This document shows positions 31,887 through 40,640 of a stretch of DNA of 40,640 nt, piece after piece; positions within the stretch are counted from its first letter, which is position 1; each line of letters starts with the position of its first letter. The stretch lies in assembly GCA_019510315.1 (NCBI GenBank), contig JAEKKP010000089.1, positions 1 to 40,640 on the forward strand, in the 5' to 3' direction. This stretch comes from Propionibacteriales bacterium. GTDB lineage: Bacteria; Actinomycetota; Actinomycetes; Propionibacteriales; Nocardioidaceae. The notes beneath the pieces are model-generated. The model had not been told where the DNA came from, searched no databases, and saw nothing but the letters and a program-made list of their open reading frames with translations. A program made the position numbers and the translations under genes.

Positions 31887-34598
31887 GTGCCTGCACAGCC
31901 CCCCGCGACCTCTGGCGCCGCCCGTCCGCGCCTCCTGCTCCTCGACGGCCACTCGCTGGCCTACCGCGCCTTCTTCGCGCTGCCCGTGGAGAACTTCTCC
32001 ACGGTCACCGGCCAGCACACCAACGCGGTCTACGGCTTCACCTCGATGCTGGTCAACGTCCTGCGCGACGAGCGGCCGACCCATGTGGCGGTCGCCTTCG
32101 ACCTCTCGCGGCAGACCTTCCGCCTGGAGCAGTACTCCGAGTACAAGGCCAAGCGCAACAAGACGCCCGACGAGTTCAGCAGCCAGCTCCCGTTGGTCCA
32201 GCGGCTGCTGGACGCCTTCCGGATCCGGCACCTGACCTTCGCGGGCTACGAGGCCGACGACATCATCGCCACCCTCACCACCCAGGCGCTCAGCCAGGGC
32301 ATGGAGGTGCTGATCCTCTCGGGCGACCGCGACTCGTTCCAGCTCGTCACCGACGACGCCACCGTGCTCTACCCGATGCGGGGAGTCTCCGACCTCGCCC
32401 GCATGACGCCCGCGGCGGTGGAAGCGAAGTACGGCGTGCCGCCCGCGCGCTACCCCGAGCTCGCCGCGATCGTCGGGGAGACCTCCGACAACCTTCCGGG
32501 CGTGCCGGGCGTCGGGGCCGGTTTCGCGGCGAAGTGGATCAACCAGTTCGACGGCCTGGACAACGTGATCGCGCACGCCGAGGAGATCACCGGCAAGAAG
32601 GGTGAGTCGCTGCGGGAGCACCTCGACGACGTGATCCGCAACCGGCAGCTCAACGCGCTGGTCTGCGACCTGCCGCTGGAGATCGGCCCGGCCGACCTCG
32701 GGCTCGGGGAGTGGGACCGCCAGGGGGCTCTCGAGCTGCTCGACGAGCTCGAGTTCCGCGGAGACCTGCGCACCCGCATCCTCGACACGCTCGCCCCGGC
32801 CGAGGAGCCGCTCGCCGAGGCCGGCTTCGACCTGGCCGGTCAGACCGTCGCCCCAGGCAAGCTCGCCGCGTGGCTGGCAGACCTCGACTCCGAGCCGGTC
32901 GGCCTGCACCTGCGCGGCAGCTGGGGCTCGGGCACCGGTCGGCTCGACGGCCTGGCGTTCGCGCGGGCCGACGGGCAGGCGGCGTACGTCGATGTCAGCA
33001 CCCTGACGCCCGACGACGACACCGCTCTGGCTGACTGGCTCGCCGACCCGACCCGGCCCAAGATCGTCCACGACGCCAACGGGCCGTTGCTGGCGCTGCG
33101 CGCCCACGGCTGGCGCGTCGCCGGGCTCGCGACCGACACCGCGATGATGGCCTACCTCGTGGCGCCCGACCAGCGCTCCTACGCCCTTGCCGACCTCACC
33201 CTTCGTCACCTCAAGCGAGAGCTGAGGCAGGAGACCGGCGACGACCAGGGCCTCCTCTTCGAGACCGGCGACGAGGTCGCCGAGACGGCGATGCTGCACG
33301 CCCGTGCTGTCATCGACCTCGCCGTGGCGCTCCAGGGCGAGCTCGAGGAGCGAGGCGGCACCCGGCTGCTGCACGACATCGAGCTGCCGCTCGTCGAGGT
33401 GCTGGTCGGCATGGAGCAGGTCGGCATCGCCGTCGACCAGGAGCTGTTGACCGACCTGGAGTCGGAGTTCGCCGACGCCGTCCGCGAGGCCGCCAACGAC
33501 GCCTACGAGGTGATCGGCCGCGAGATCAACCTCGGCTCACCCAAGCAGCTCCAGGCGGTGCTCTTCGACGAGCTCGGCATGCCGAAGACCAAGCGCACCA
33601 AGACCGGCTACACCACCGACGCCGACGCGCTCGTCGGGCTCTTCGAGAAGACCGAGCACCCCTTCCTGCAGCACCTCCTGCGCCACCGCGACGTGTCGCG
33701 ACTGCGGCAGACCGTCGAGGGCCTGCTCAAGACGGTCGCGCCCGACGGGCGGATCCACACGACGTTCAACCAGCTGATCGCCGCCACCGGCCGACTGTCC
33801 AGCACCGACCCCAACCTGCAGAACATCCCCGTGCGCACCGAGGAGGGTCGCCGGATCCGGCAGGCGTTCGTCGTCGGCCCGGCCGTCGGGGGCCAGGCGT
33901 ACGACGAGCTGCTCACCGCCGACTACAGCCAGATCGAGATGCGGATCATGGCCGACCTCTCCGAGGACGTCGGCCTCATCGAGGCGTTCAACTCGGGTCG
34001 CGACTTCCACCAGGTCACCGCGGCCCGGGTCTTCGGCGTCGACCCGTCGGCCGTCACCGGCGAGATGCGGGCGAAGATCAAGGCGATGAACTACGGGCTC
34101 GCCTACGGCCTGTCTGCGTTCGGGCTCTCCCAGCAGCTCAAGATCGACACCACCGAGGCCCGCGGGCTCATGGACGAGTACTTCGAGACCTTCGGCGGCA
34201 TCCGCGACTACCTCGCGGGCGTCGTCGACGAGGCCCGCCGCACCGGCTTCACCGAGACGATCATGGGGCGGCGGCGCTACCTCCCCGACCTCACCAGCGA
34301 CAACCGTCAGCGCCGCGAGATGGCCGAGCGGATGGCTCTCAACGCCCCGATCCAGGGGTCGGCGGCCGACATCATCAAGGTCGCGATGCTCAACGTCGAC
34401 AGGGCCGTTCGCGATGCGGGTCTCGCCTCACGGATGCTGCTGCAGGTCCACGACGAGCTCGTCTTCGAGGTCGCCGCGGGGGAGCGCGCGGACCTCGAGT
34501 CGCTGGTCCGCAAGCAGATGGCGGCAGCGGCCGACCTCACCGTGCCGCTCGACGTGTCGGTCGGCACCGGTCGCAGCTGGCACGACGCAGCGCACTAG
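31887..34598 (+). CDS. polA: DNA polymerase I
   Basis: LLDGHSLAYRAF, YEADD, TGRLSSTDPNLQNIP, ADYSQIEMR, KAMNYG, LQVHDEL; no intein-sized insertion. Confidence 0.98.
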   Translation: MPAQPPATSGAARPRLLLLDGHSLAYRAFFALPVENFSTVTGQHTNAVYGFTSMLVNVLRDERPTHVAVAFDLSRQTFRLEQYSEYKAKRNKTPDEFSSQLPLVQRLLDAFRIRHLTFAGYEADDIIATLTTQALSQGMEVLILSGDRDSFQLVTDDATVLYPMRGVSDLARMTPAAVEAKYGVPPARYPELAAIVGETSDNLPGVPGVGAGFAAKWINQFDGLDNVIAHAEEITGKKGESLREHLDDVIRNRQLNALVCDLPLEIGPADLGLGEWDRQGALELLDELEFRGDLRTRILDTLAPAEEPLAEAGFDLAGQTVAPGKLAAWLADLDSEPVGLHLRGSWGSGTGRLDGLAFARADGQAAYVDVSTLTPDDDTALADWLADPTRPKIVHDANGPLLALRAHGWRVAGLATDTAMMAYLVAPDQRSYALADLTLRHLKRELRQETGDDQGLLFETGDEVAETAMLHARAVIDLAVALQGELEERGGTRLLHDIELPLVEVLVGMEQVGIAVDQELLTDLESEFADAVREAANDAYEVIGREINLGSPKQLQAVLFDELGMPKTKRTKTGYTTDADALVGLFEKTEHPFLQHLLRHRDVSRLRQTVEGLLKTVAPDGRIHTTFNQLIAATGRLSSTDPNLQNIPVRTEEGRRIRQAFVVGPAVGGQAYDELLTADYSQIEMRIMADLSEDVGLIEAFNSGRDFHQVTAARVFGVDPSAVTGEMRAKIKAMNYGLAYGLSAFGLSQQLKIDTTEARGLMDEYFETFGGIRDYLAGVVDEARRTGFTETIMGRRRYLPDLTSDNRQRREMAERMALNAPIQGSAADIIKVAMLNVDRAVRDAGLASRMLLQVHDELVFEVAAGERADLESLVRKQMAAAADLTVPLDVSVGTGRSWHDAAH

Positions 34599-35870
34599 TC
34601 AGGCGGCGGGTTCGTCCGCCTGGGCGTCCCGCGGCAGGCTGTAGAGGCTGAGCGCAAGCAGCAGGGCGAGGAGCACGACGTCGGTGACGACGACCAGGGT
34701 GATGAGCGCGTCCAGCGAGCCGAGGAAGTAGCCGACGCCGACGACGGTCACGAACGCAGCCCAGACCAGGTAGACGGGCCGCCGGCCCTGCCGAGCGAGC
34801 ACGGAGTAGACCAGCAGCTGCAGCATCGACAGCGCCGTGCCGAGGATCGCGAACACCCACAGCGTCGAGGCGATCTCGCGGTACTCGTCGCCGCCGACGA
34901 AGACGAGCGCGAGGTTCTTGACCAGCAGCGCTCCCAGGGTCGCGCAGACGCCCAGGCCGGCCACGACGGCGAGGCTGCGCGTCAGGGCGCCACGGCGCTC
35001 GTCGGCGGTCGCCATCGACGGGAACGCGACGACGATCACGAACTGCGGCAGGAACAGGACCGCCTTGGTGAGGATCAGCCCACCGGCGTACAGCCCGGCG
35101 TCGTGCTCGGGGAGCACGTTGCGGGCCACGATCACGTCGGCGTTCGACAGCGCGAAGAAGGCCAGCAGCGCCTGCGAGTTGTGCAGGACCTCCTTCATCA
35201 CCAGCCGCAGGCCGTGCTTCTCGCTGGTCACGCCCGGCACCCGGTCGCGGCGCAGGGCCCACCAGCCGAGGACCACCGGCGGGATCGCCCCCAGGGTGAC
35301 GCCGAGCATCGCGCTGGTCTCGTCGGCGTGCCAGAGGATGAGAGCGGTGCCGATCACCAGACGCGGCAGCCCGCTCGCGACGTACATGACCGCGAGCGGC
35401 CACCAGCGGCGCTCGCCCTGGAGCACGCCCGCTTGTCCACCCATGATCGTGAGGGGGACCGCCGCCACGGCGACGAGGGCGGCCGTGGTGAGGCTGTCGA
35501 GCTTGAGCACGCGGTTGACGAGCGGAGTGAGGACCAGGAGCACCACGCCGAGGGCGAAGGATGCCCGGTAGGTCACCCCGAGGACCGTCTTCTCGATCTG
35601 TGCCACGTGCTCGGGATCGGCGGAGATGCGCCGCGCGGCCGTCGCCTGGAAGCTCAGCTGCAGCACGCCGATCACCAGGAGCGTCGCCAGGAGCGACGCC
35701 AGGGCGCCGTACGACTTCGGACCGAGCACGCGGGCGGCGATGATGGTGAAGCCGTACGTCGTGACGTTCATGACCGCCATCGCCACGGCGATCGCCCCGG
35801 GACCGCGCAGCATGCTGCCGGGCACGCGCGGCGTCGTCGACCCCGCGGGTCGAGGGGCGTCGGCACTCAC
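34599..35870 (-). CDS. Polysaccharide biosynthesis/flippase-like (MOP superfamily) membrane protein
   Basis: About 12 hydrophobic segments, ARVLGPKSYG and DVIVAR..AGLYA patterns. Confidence 0.8.
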   Translation of the reverse strand: MSADAPRPAGSTTPRVPGSMLRGPGAIAVAMAVMNVTTYGFTIIAARVLGPKSYGALASLLATLLVIGVLQLSFQATAARRISADPEHVAQIEKTVLGVTYRASFALGVVLLVLTPLVNRVLKLDSLTTAALVAVAAVPLTIMGGQAGVLQGERRWWPLAVMYVASGLPRLVIGTALILWHADETSAMLGVTLGAIPPVVLGWWALRRDRVPGVTSEKHGLRLVMKEVLHNSQALLAFFALSNADVIVARNVLPEHDAGLYAGGLILTKAVLFLPQFVIVVAFPSMATADERRGALTRSLAVVAGLGVCATLGALLVKNLALVFVGGDEYREIASTLWVFAILGTALSMLQLLVYSVLARQGRRPVYLVWAAFVTVVGVGYFLGSLDALITLVVVTDVVLLALLLALSLYSLPRDAQADEPAA

Positions 35871-36170
35871 GACGCACACCCTATGCGTGCGCCCGGAGCT
35901 GCCCGCACCCGACGGACCGACCGGGACCGATTCGCTCCGGCGGCGGGCTGCCAGAGCCGAAGGTCCTGCGTCCGATGGTCCTTTTGGACCGGTCGACAGG
36001 CCGCTCGGGCACGGTTTGGTGTCGGGGCCGCACCTTTTCCCGTCCGAGGGCCTGAATGCCGGCTAGATATGGCACACTCCGTCTGGGATGTGCCGATTGT
36101 GGCGCAGACGTCCCGGTTCTGCGGTTGGGAGGCCGCACGGGACGCTCGTAGTGGGAGGGAAGGCGCAGCC

Positions 36171-36779
36171 ATGCGTAGGAATACTCTGTACGCCGGTGCC
36201 GTGCTGGCCCTGGTCGCGATGTTCGCGGTCAAGGCTGGTTCCGTACTGGACCTCGACCTGGAGTCGGTCGCGATGCTCGGTGCCGCCATGGGCACCGTGA
36301 TCGCCCTGGTGCCGGATCACACGCCGCTGACCAGGCTCGCCGGCTTCTCGGCCGGCTTCCTGATCGGGTGGGCCGGTTATCTGTTCCGGGCCGACCTGAT
36401 GCCGGACACCTCGACCGGACGCGCTGTCGCGGTCGGTGTCGTGGTGATGCTGTGCGTCGCGGTCTCGGCACTCAGTGCCAACCGCATTGCGTTGTGGACG
36501 GTGATCCTCGGTGCGGGCGCATTCGCCGGTGCCTACGAGTTCACCTACAACGCTGCACCGCCGGAGATCCTCTCGACCTCGTTGAGCACGGCCACGACGA
36601 TGGCGTTCAACGTCGCCCTCGGATTCGTGGCCGGCGCCCTGGTCGCGCCACTGACCGGAGGAGCCCCGCAGACCACGCCGCGCAAGCACGCGCCGGACGC
36701 CGGCGATGCCCAGCAGCTGCCCGTCCGCGACCAGGACCACACGGCCCTCGACGCTCTTCTGAAGGAGTCGGCCAAGTGA
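36171..36779 (+). CDS. Multi-pass membrane protein of unknown function
   Basis: About 6 Gly/Ala-rich hydrophobic segments; purine-rich RBS (GGGAGGGAAGG); GTGA-coupled to the next gene. Confidence 0.8.
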   Translation: MRRNTLYAGAVLALVAMFAVKAGSVLDLDLESVAMLGAAMGTVIALVPDHTPLTRLAGFSAGFLIGWAGYLFRADLMPDTSTGRAVAVGVVVMLCVAVSALSANRIALWTVILGAGAFAGAYEFTYNAAPPEILSTSLSTATTMAFNVALGFVAGALVAPLTGGAPQTTPRKHAPDAGDAQQLPVRDQDHTALDALLKESAK

Positions 36780-39145
36780 CCGCCACGCACGCACGGGTCC
36801 TCCGACGCTTCGGCGCGATCACCGGAGTGGTCGCCCTCGCGGGCCTGGCCACGGCTCCGGTGTTTGCCGCCGACAGCGGGTCCGGTTCGGGCAGCGTCAA
36901 GGTCGTCAACACCGAGACCATCCAGGTGTACATGTCCGCCTCCGGCGACATCCAGAGCAAGCGGGTCTACGAGCAGCTTGCGCTCTCCGGACACGGCTCG
37001 GTCGACCTGAAGAACCCGGTCTCGACCGACGGTCTGCGCAACATCGACGGCTTCCGCGGGTTCGAGGTCAAGGACGGCGAGCAGATCGTCAAGACCACCG
37101 TCGACGGCACCAAGCACTACCGGTCGGTGAGCAACTTCACCGGCACGCTGCCGGTGTCGGTCACCACCGAGTACACCCTCGACGGCAAGAAGGTCTCGCC
37201 CGGCGACGTCGTCGGCAAGAGCGGCAAGCTGGCCGTCAAGTTCGTCGTCACGAACAAGACCAGCACCAAGCAGGACGTCACCGTCGCCGACGGCAGCGGT
37301 GGCACGGTCACCAAGACCGTCGACGTCCCGGTGCCGATGGTCGGGTCGCTGACGACCACGGCCCCGTCGAACTTCACCAACGTCGACCCCGGTGGTGCCA
37401 GCACCGCCGGTGACGGCGCCGGCGGGACGACGATGTCCTACACGATGACGCTGTTCCCGCCGCTCGGATCGGACTCGGCGACCCTCGGCTACACCGCCGA
37501 CATCACCGACGGAGTCGTGCCCCGCGTGGACGTGGCCCTCCTGCCGGTCGACCCGCTGTCGAGCCCGACCTTCAAGTCGGCAGGGGAGAGCTACCAGGGC
37601 GGCGCCGACACCGGCGCCCAGCTGGTGACCGGGGCGGGCACGATCGACGGCAACCTGCTCAAGCTGCGCGACGGCGCGGCCGACCTGCTCGCCGGCCTGA
37701 TCAAGCTCAGCGACGGCGCGGACCAGCTCAACGACGGTCTGGCGAACGACGCCGCGCCCGGCGCGAAGAAGCTCGCCAAGGGTGCCGGTGACCTCGACAA
37801 CGGTCTCGGTCGCCTCGAAGACGGGTCGCTCAAGCTCGCCAACGGCGCCGGCGATCTCGCCGACGGCACCGGAGATGCGCTCGCCGGCGGCAAGCAGCTG
37901 AGCGCGGGTCTGCAGCAGATCAGCGGCGGACTCGGCCAGCTCGCGGGTCAGATGCCCGCGGCGGCAGCCGGGATCACCCAGCTCAAGAACGGTCTCGACC
38001 AGATCATCGCCGGCTTCGGCGACGCGACCCAGCCACTCACGATCCTCGGCGGTTTGAAGGGGATGGAGCTCGGGATCGGGGACGCAGGCTCCCCGACCAC
38101 GTTGGTCGGTGGGGTCACGGCGGTCAAGGGTGGGCTCCAGCAGCTCACCGGTCCGTCCGGCCTGCCGGCTGCGCAGGGCGGTGTCGACGCCGTGAAGAGC
38201 GGTCTCGACGGCCTACTCGCGAGCGGGCAGCTCGACACCATGGTCGGTGCGCTGACGTCCTTGAAGGCGTTGTGCGGCCTCACGCCCGACCCGACCTGCG
38301 GGCCGACCTTCGACGCCATCGTCGGCGGCCTCGCAGGCGCGAAGACCGACCTCCAGGACGCCAGTGGTGGCCTCGGTGCGGTCTCCGCCGGTCTGGGATC
38401 AGCGATCTCCGGGATCAACACGCAGATGATTCCGGGGACCACCGCGATCCTGGGTGGCCTCGCCCAGCTCCTCGGTGGTGTTCAGCAGCTGGAGACAGGT
38501 GCTGGATCCGCCAAGGCTGGAGCACAGCAGGTCAGGACTGGTCTGGACGGTCTCGGTGCCGGCATTGCCGCCGCGATCGCCGGCATCACCCAGCTCAACT
38601 CGGGAGCATCCGCCGCTGCTACTGGCAGCAACGACCTGGTCGACGGCCTCGGCCAACTCGACGACGGTGCCGGCCAGCTCTCCGCGGGTGCGTCGGACCT
38701 GTCCTCGGGCGCCAGCGATGCGGCGGACGGCTCCGGTCAGATCGCCGACGGCGCTGACCAACTGGCCAATGGTCTCGGTGACGCCGCCGACGGCTCCGGC
38801 CAGATCGCGGACGGTCTCAAGACCGCCTCGGGCAGCACACCGCAGCTCGTCGACGGAGCCAAGCGACTGTCCACCGAAGGCATGGGCCAGCTGATCAAGG
38901 CCGGCAAGGACACCGCGGTCAACTACGGCGAGCTGTACGCCGTGATCAAGGCCGGCTCCGAGCGTGCACAGACCAGCTCGATGGCGTACGGCGCGCCCGC
39001 CGGCGCCGAGGGCCTGACGGCGTACGCCTTCACGCTGAAGGGCGAGGACGGCGAGGGCACTCGCAACCTCACCCGGGGCGTGGGCGCGCTCGCCCTGCTG
39101 GGTCTGGGCGCCGGAGTCTGCGTGATGCGGCGTCGCCTGGCCTGA
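36776..39145 (+). CDS. Secreted, C-terminally anchored protein with X-X-X-Leu-X-X-Gly heptad repeats (YhgE/Pip-like)
   Basis: Signal peptide ending VFA-A; beta domain with EYTLDGKKVSPGDVVGKSG; long LxxG heptad runs; C-terminal TM plus RRR. Confidence 0.85.
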   Translation: MTATHARVLRRFGAITGVVALAGLATAPVFAADSGSGSGSVKVVNTETIQVYMSASGDIQSKRVYEQLALSGHGSVDLKNPVSTDGLRNIDGFRGFEVKDGEQIVKTTVDGTKHYRSVSNFTGTLPVSVTTEYTLDGKKVSPGDVVGKSGKLAVKFVVTNKTSTKQDVTVADGSGGTVTKTVDVPVPMVGSLTTTAPSNFTNVDPGGASTAGDGAGGTTMSYTMTLFPPLGSDSATLGYTADITDGVVPRVDVALLPVDPLSSPTFKSAGESYQGGADTGAQLVTGAGTIDGNLLKLRDGAADLLAGLIKLSDGADQLNDGLANDAAPGAKKLAKGAGDLDNGLGRLEDGSLKLANGAGDLADGTGDALAGGKQLSAGLQQISGGLGQLAGQMPAAAAGITQLKNGLDQIIAGFGDATQPLTILGGLKGMELGIGDAGSPTTLVGGVTAVKGGLQQLTGPSGLPAAQGGVDAVKSGLDGLLASGQLDTMVGALTSLKALCGLTPDPTCGPTFDAIVGGLAGAKTDLQDASGGLGAVSAGLGSAISGINTQMIPGTTAILGGLAQLLGGVQQLETGAGSAKAGAQQVRTGLDGLGAGIAAAIAGITQLNSGASAAATGSNDLVDGLGQLDDGAGQLSAGASDLSSGASDAADGSGQIADGADQLANGLGDAADGSGQIADGLKTASGSTPQLVDGAKRLSTEGMGQLIKAGKDTAVNYGELYAVIKAGSERAQTSSMAYGAPAGAEGLTAYAFTLKGEDGEGTRNLTRGVGALALLGLGAGVCVMRRRLA

Positions 39146-39154
39146 CCAAGAGAC

Positions 39155-39194
39155 GTCGTGGCCGGCCTGGTCCTGGGACCGGGCCGGCCACGAC
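39155..39194. terminator. Hairpin between convergent genes (probable bidirectional terminator)
   Basis: GTCGTGGCCGGCCTGGTC-CTGG-GACCGGGCCGGCCACGAC, 18-bp stem with one G-U pair. Confidence 0.8.
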
Positions 39195-39215
39195 CTTGTC
39201 CCGGGTCAACCGACC

Positions 39216-40058
39216 TCACATGAGGTCGGCGACGTACAGGGCGGTGCCGGGTGTGAGGAGTCCGCGGACGCGGCTCCAGCCACCCCACACGCGGTCGTGC
39301 TCGGCCGGCCACTCCGGCTCGACGAGGTCGACGAGGCGGTAGCCGGCGGCCGCGAGCGCGCGCACCCAGTCGCCGAGCGTGCGGTGGTGCTCGACGTACG
39401 ACGTCTCGCCGCTCGCGTCGTCGACCTCGACGTACGGCGTGCGGTCCCAGTAGGACTGTGTCGCCACCAGGCCGCCCTCGCCGGGGTCGTCGGGGAACAT
39501 CCAGCGCGTCGGATGCGTGACGGAGAACGCCAGCCGGCCGCCCGGGCGAGTCACGCGGGCGATCTCCGCGACGAGGGCGTCGGCGTCGGCGATGAACTGG
39601 AGAGCACCGAAGGCGGAGAAGACGACCTCGAAGGTCGCGTCCGCGAACGGCAGTGCCGCAGCACCGGCGCACACGGTCGGCACCGACGTGCCGAGCTCCT
39701 GGTCGATCCGGCGGCTGTGCTGGAGCTGGCGCATCGAGACGTCGAGGCCGACCGGTCGGCCGCCCTGCGCGAGCACCCACCGGGAGCACTGGCCGGCGCC
39801 GCACCCGAGCTCCAGGACGTGCCGGCCGGAGACGTCGCCGAGCGCGTGCAGGTCGTCCTCGCGCACGCCCTCGGGTCCCCAGAGGAAGCCCGCATCGCCC
39901 AGGAACTCGCCGTGGGTGGCCTGGTACTCGTCGGCGTAGCGGTCCCAGTCGGCCCGGTTGGCGCGCAGCGAGTCGTGCTCGTCGACGGGCCTGCGCTCGG
40001 CGCGGACGGTCTGCGGTGCGTGATCGCGGGGGACCGACGCAGGGGGATCGGTCTGCAC
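39216..40058 (-). CDS. Class I SAM-dependent methyltransferase
   Basis: VLELGCGAG motif I, LPFADATFEVV, RVTRPGG. Confidence 0.92.
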   Translation of the reverse strand: MQTDPPASVPRDHAPQTVRAERRPVDEHDSLRANRADWDRYADEYQATHGEFLGDAGFLWGPEGVREDDLHALGDVSGRHVLELGCGAGQCSRWVLAQGGRPVGLDVSMRQLQHSRRIDQELGTSVPTVCAGAAALPFADATFEVVFSAFGALQFIADADALVAEIARVTRPGGRLAFSVTHPTRWMFPDDPGEGGLVATQSYWDRTPYVEVDDASGETSYVEHHRTLGDWVRALAAAGYRLVDLVEPEWPAEHDRVWGGWSRVRGLLTPGTALYVADLM

Positions 40059-40120
40059 GCGGTCAGTGTGGCACTCTCGGCCGGACGTGGCTCAGTTGGA
40101 CGCAGTGGGGCGCGACGCCG

Positions 40121-40126
40121 TACCCT
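40121..40126 (+). promoter_or_regulatory. Putative rpsA promoter -10 box
   Basis: TACCCT preceded at appropriate spacing by TTGGAC/TGGACG; implies a leader of about 130 nt. Confidence 0.45.
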
Positions 40127-40261
40127 GTGAGATGCGCCAGAAGTCTGCCTGAGTCTCAGACGGAGCAGTCTCTCGCTCGCTGTCCTCAATCCGTGATGGT
40201 GAAACCGGCTTCCGCGCGCGCCCGCACGACATCTGTCCACCACAAAGGTTCCTATTCCCTT

Positions 40262-40640
40262 ATGACCAGCACACCCACTCTCTCCGAAGCGCCGCAGGTC
40301 GCTGTCAACGACATCGGCTCGGAGGAGGACTTCCTCGCCGCCATCGATGCGACGATCAAGTACTTCAATGACGGCGACATCGTCGAAGGCACGATCGTCA
40401 AGGTCGACCGTGACGAGGTCCTGCTCGACATCGGCTACAAGACCGAGGGTGTCATCCCCTCGCGCGAGCTCTCGATCAAGCACGATGTCGACCCCAACGA
40501 CGTCGTCGAGGTCGGCGACAAGGTCGAGGCCCTCGTCCTCCAGAAGGAGGACAAGGAAGGCCGGCTGATCCTCTCCAAGAAGCGCGCACAGTACGAACGC
40601 GCCTGGGGCACGATCGAGCAGGTCAAGGAAGAGGACGGCG
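40262..40640 (+). CDS. rpsA: 30S ribosomal protein S1, 3'-truncated by the window edge
   Basis: Manual translation gives MTSTPTLSEAPQVAVNDIGSEEDFLAAIDATIKYFNDGDIVEG..LLDIGYKTEGVIP..LSKKRAQYERAW; missing from the ORF track because it has no stop codon. Confidence 0.97.
   Translation, partial: MTSTPTLSEAPQVAVNDIGSEEDFLAAIDATIKYFNDGDIVEGTIVKVDRDEVLLDIGYKTEGVIPSRELSIKHDVDPNDVVEVGDKVEALVLQKEDKEGRLILSKKRAQYERAWGTIEQVKEEDG

Overview
High-GC actinobacterial chromosome segment (gene content and order suggest Nocardioidaceae; inference, no search run). It is mostly core housekeeping: uppS (partial), zur, glyQS, dusB, a heterodimeric ABC exporter, hisI-trpCBA-SCO-lgt, gltBD, pyk, tRNA-Leu(CAA), an ANTAR response regulator, livKHMGF, polA and the 5' part of rpsA (absent from the ORF track). 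Four elements stand out. (1) A free-standing HTH-CxxC-double-LAGLIDADG gene lies directly behind tRNA-Leu, with no intein, intron or integrase context; its stop codon is also the -10 box of the next gene. (2) A 97-aa His-rich membrane protein precedes zur under tandem Zur boxes that overlap a near-consensus leaderless promoter. (3) A phased 42-bp palindromic tandem array, capped by a related hairpin, sits between lgt and gltB. (4) A two-gene unit encodes a multi-TM protein and a surface heptad-repeat protein whose central tip differs in codon usage. trpE is missing from its usual place after hisI. All calls come from motif reading by eye, and start codons were chosen from RBS or -10 context.
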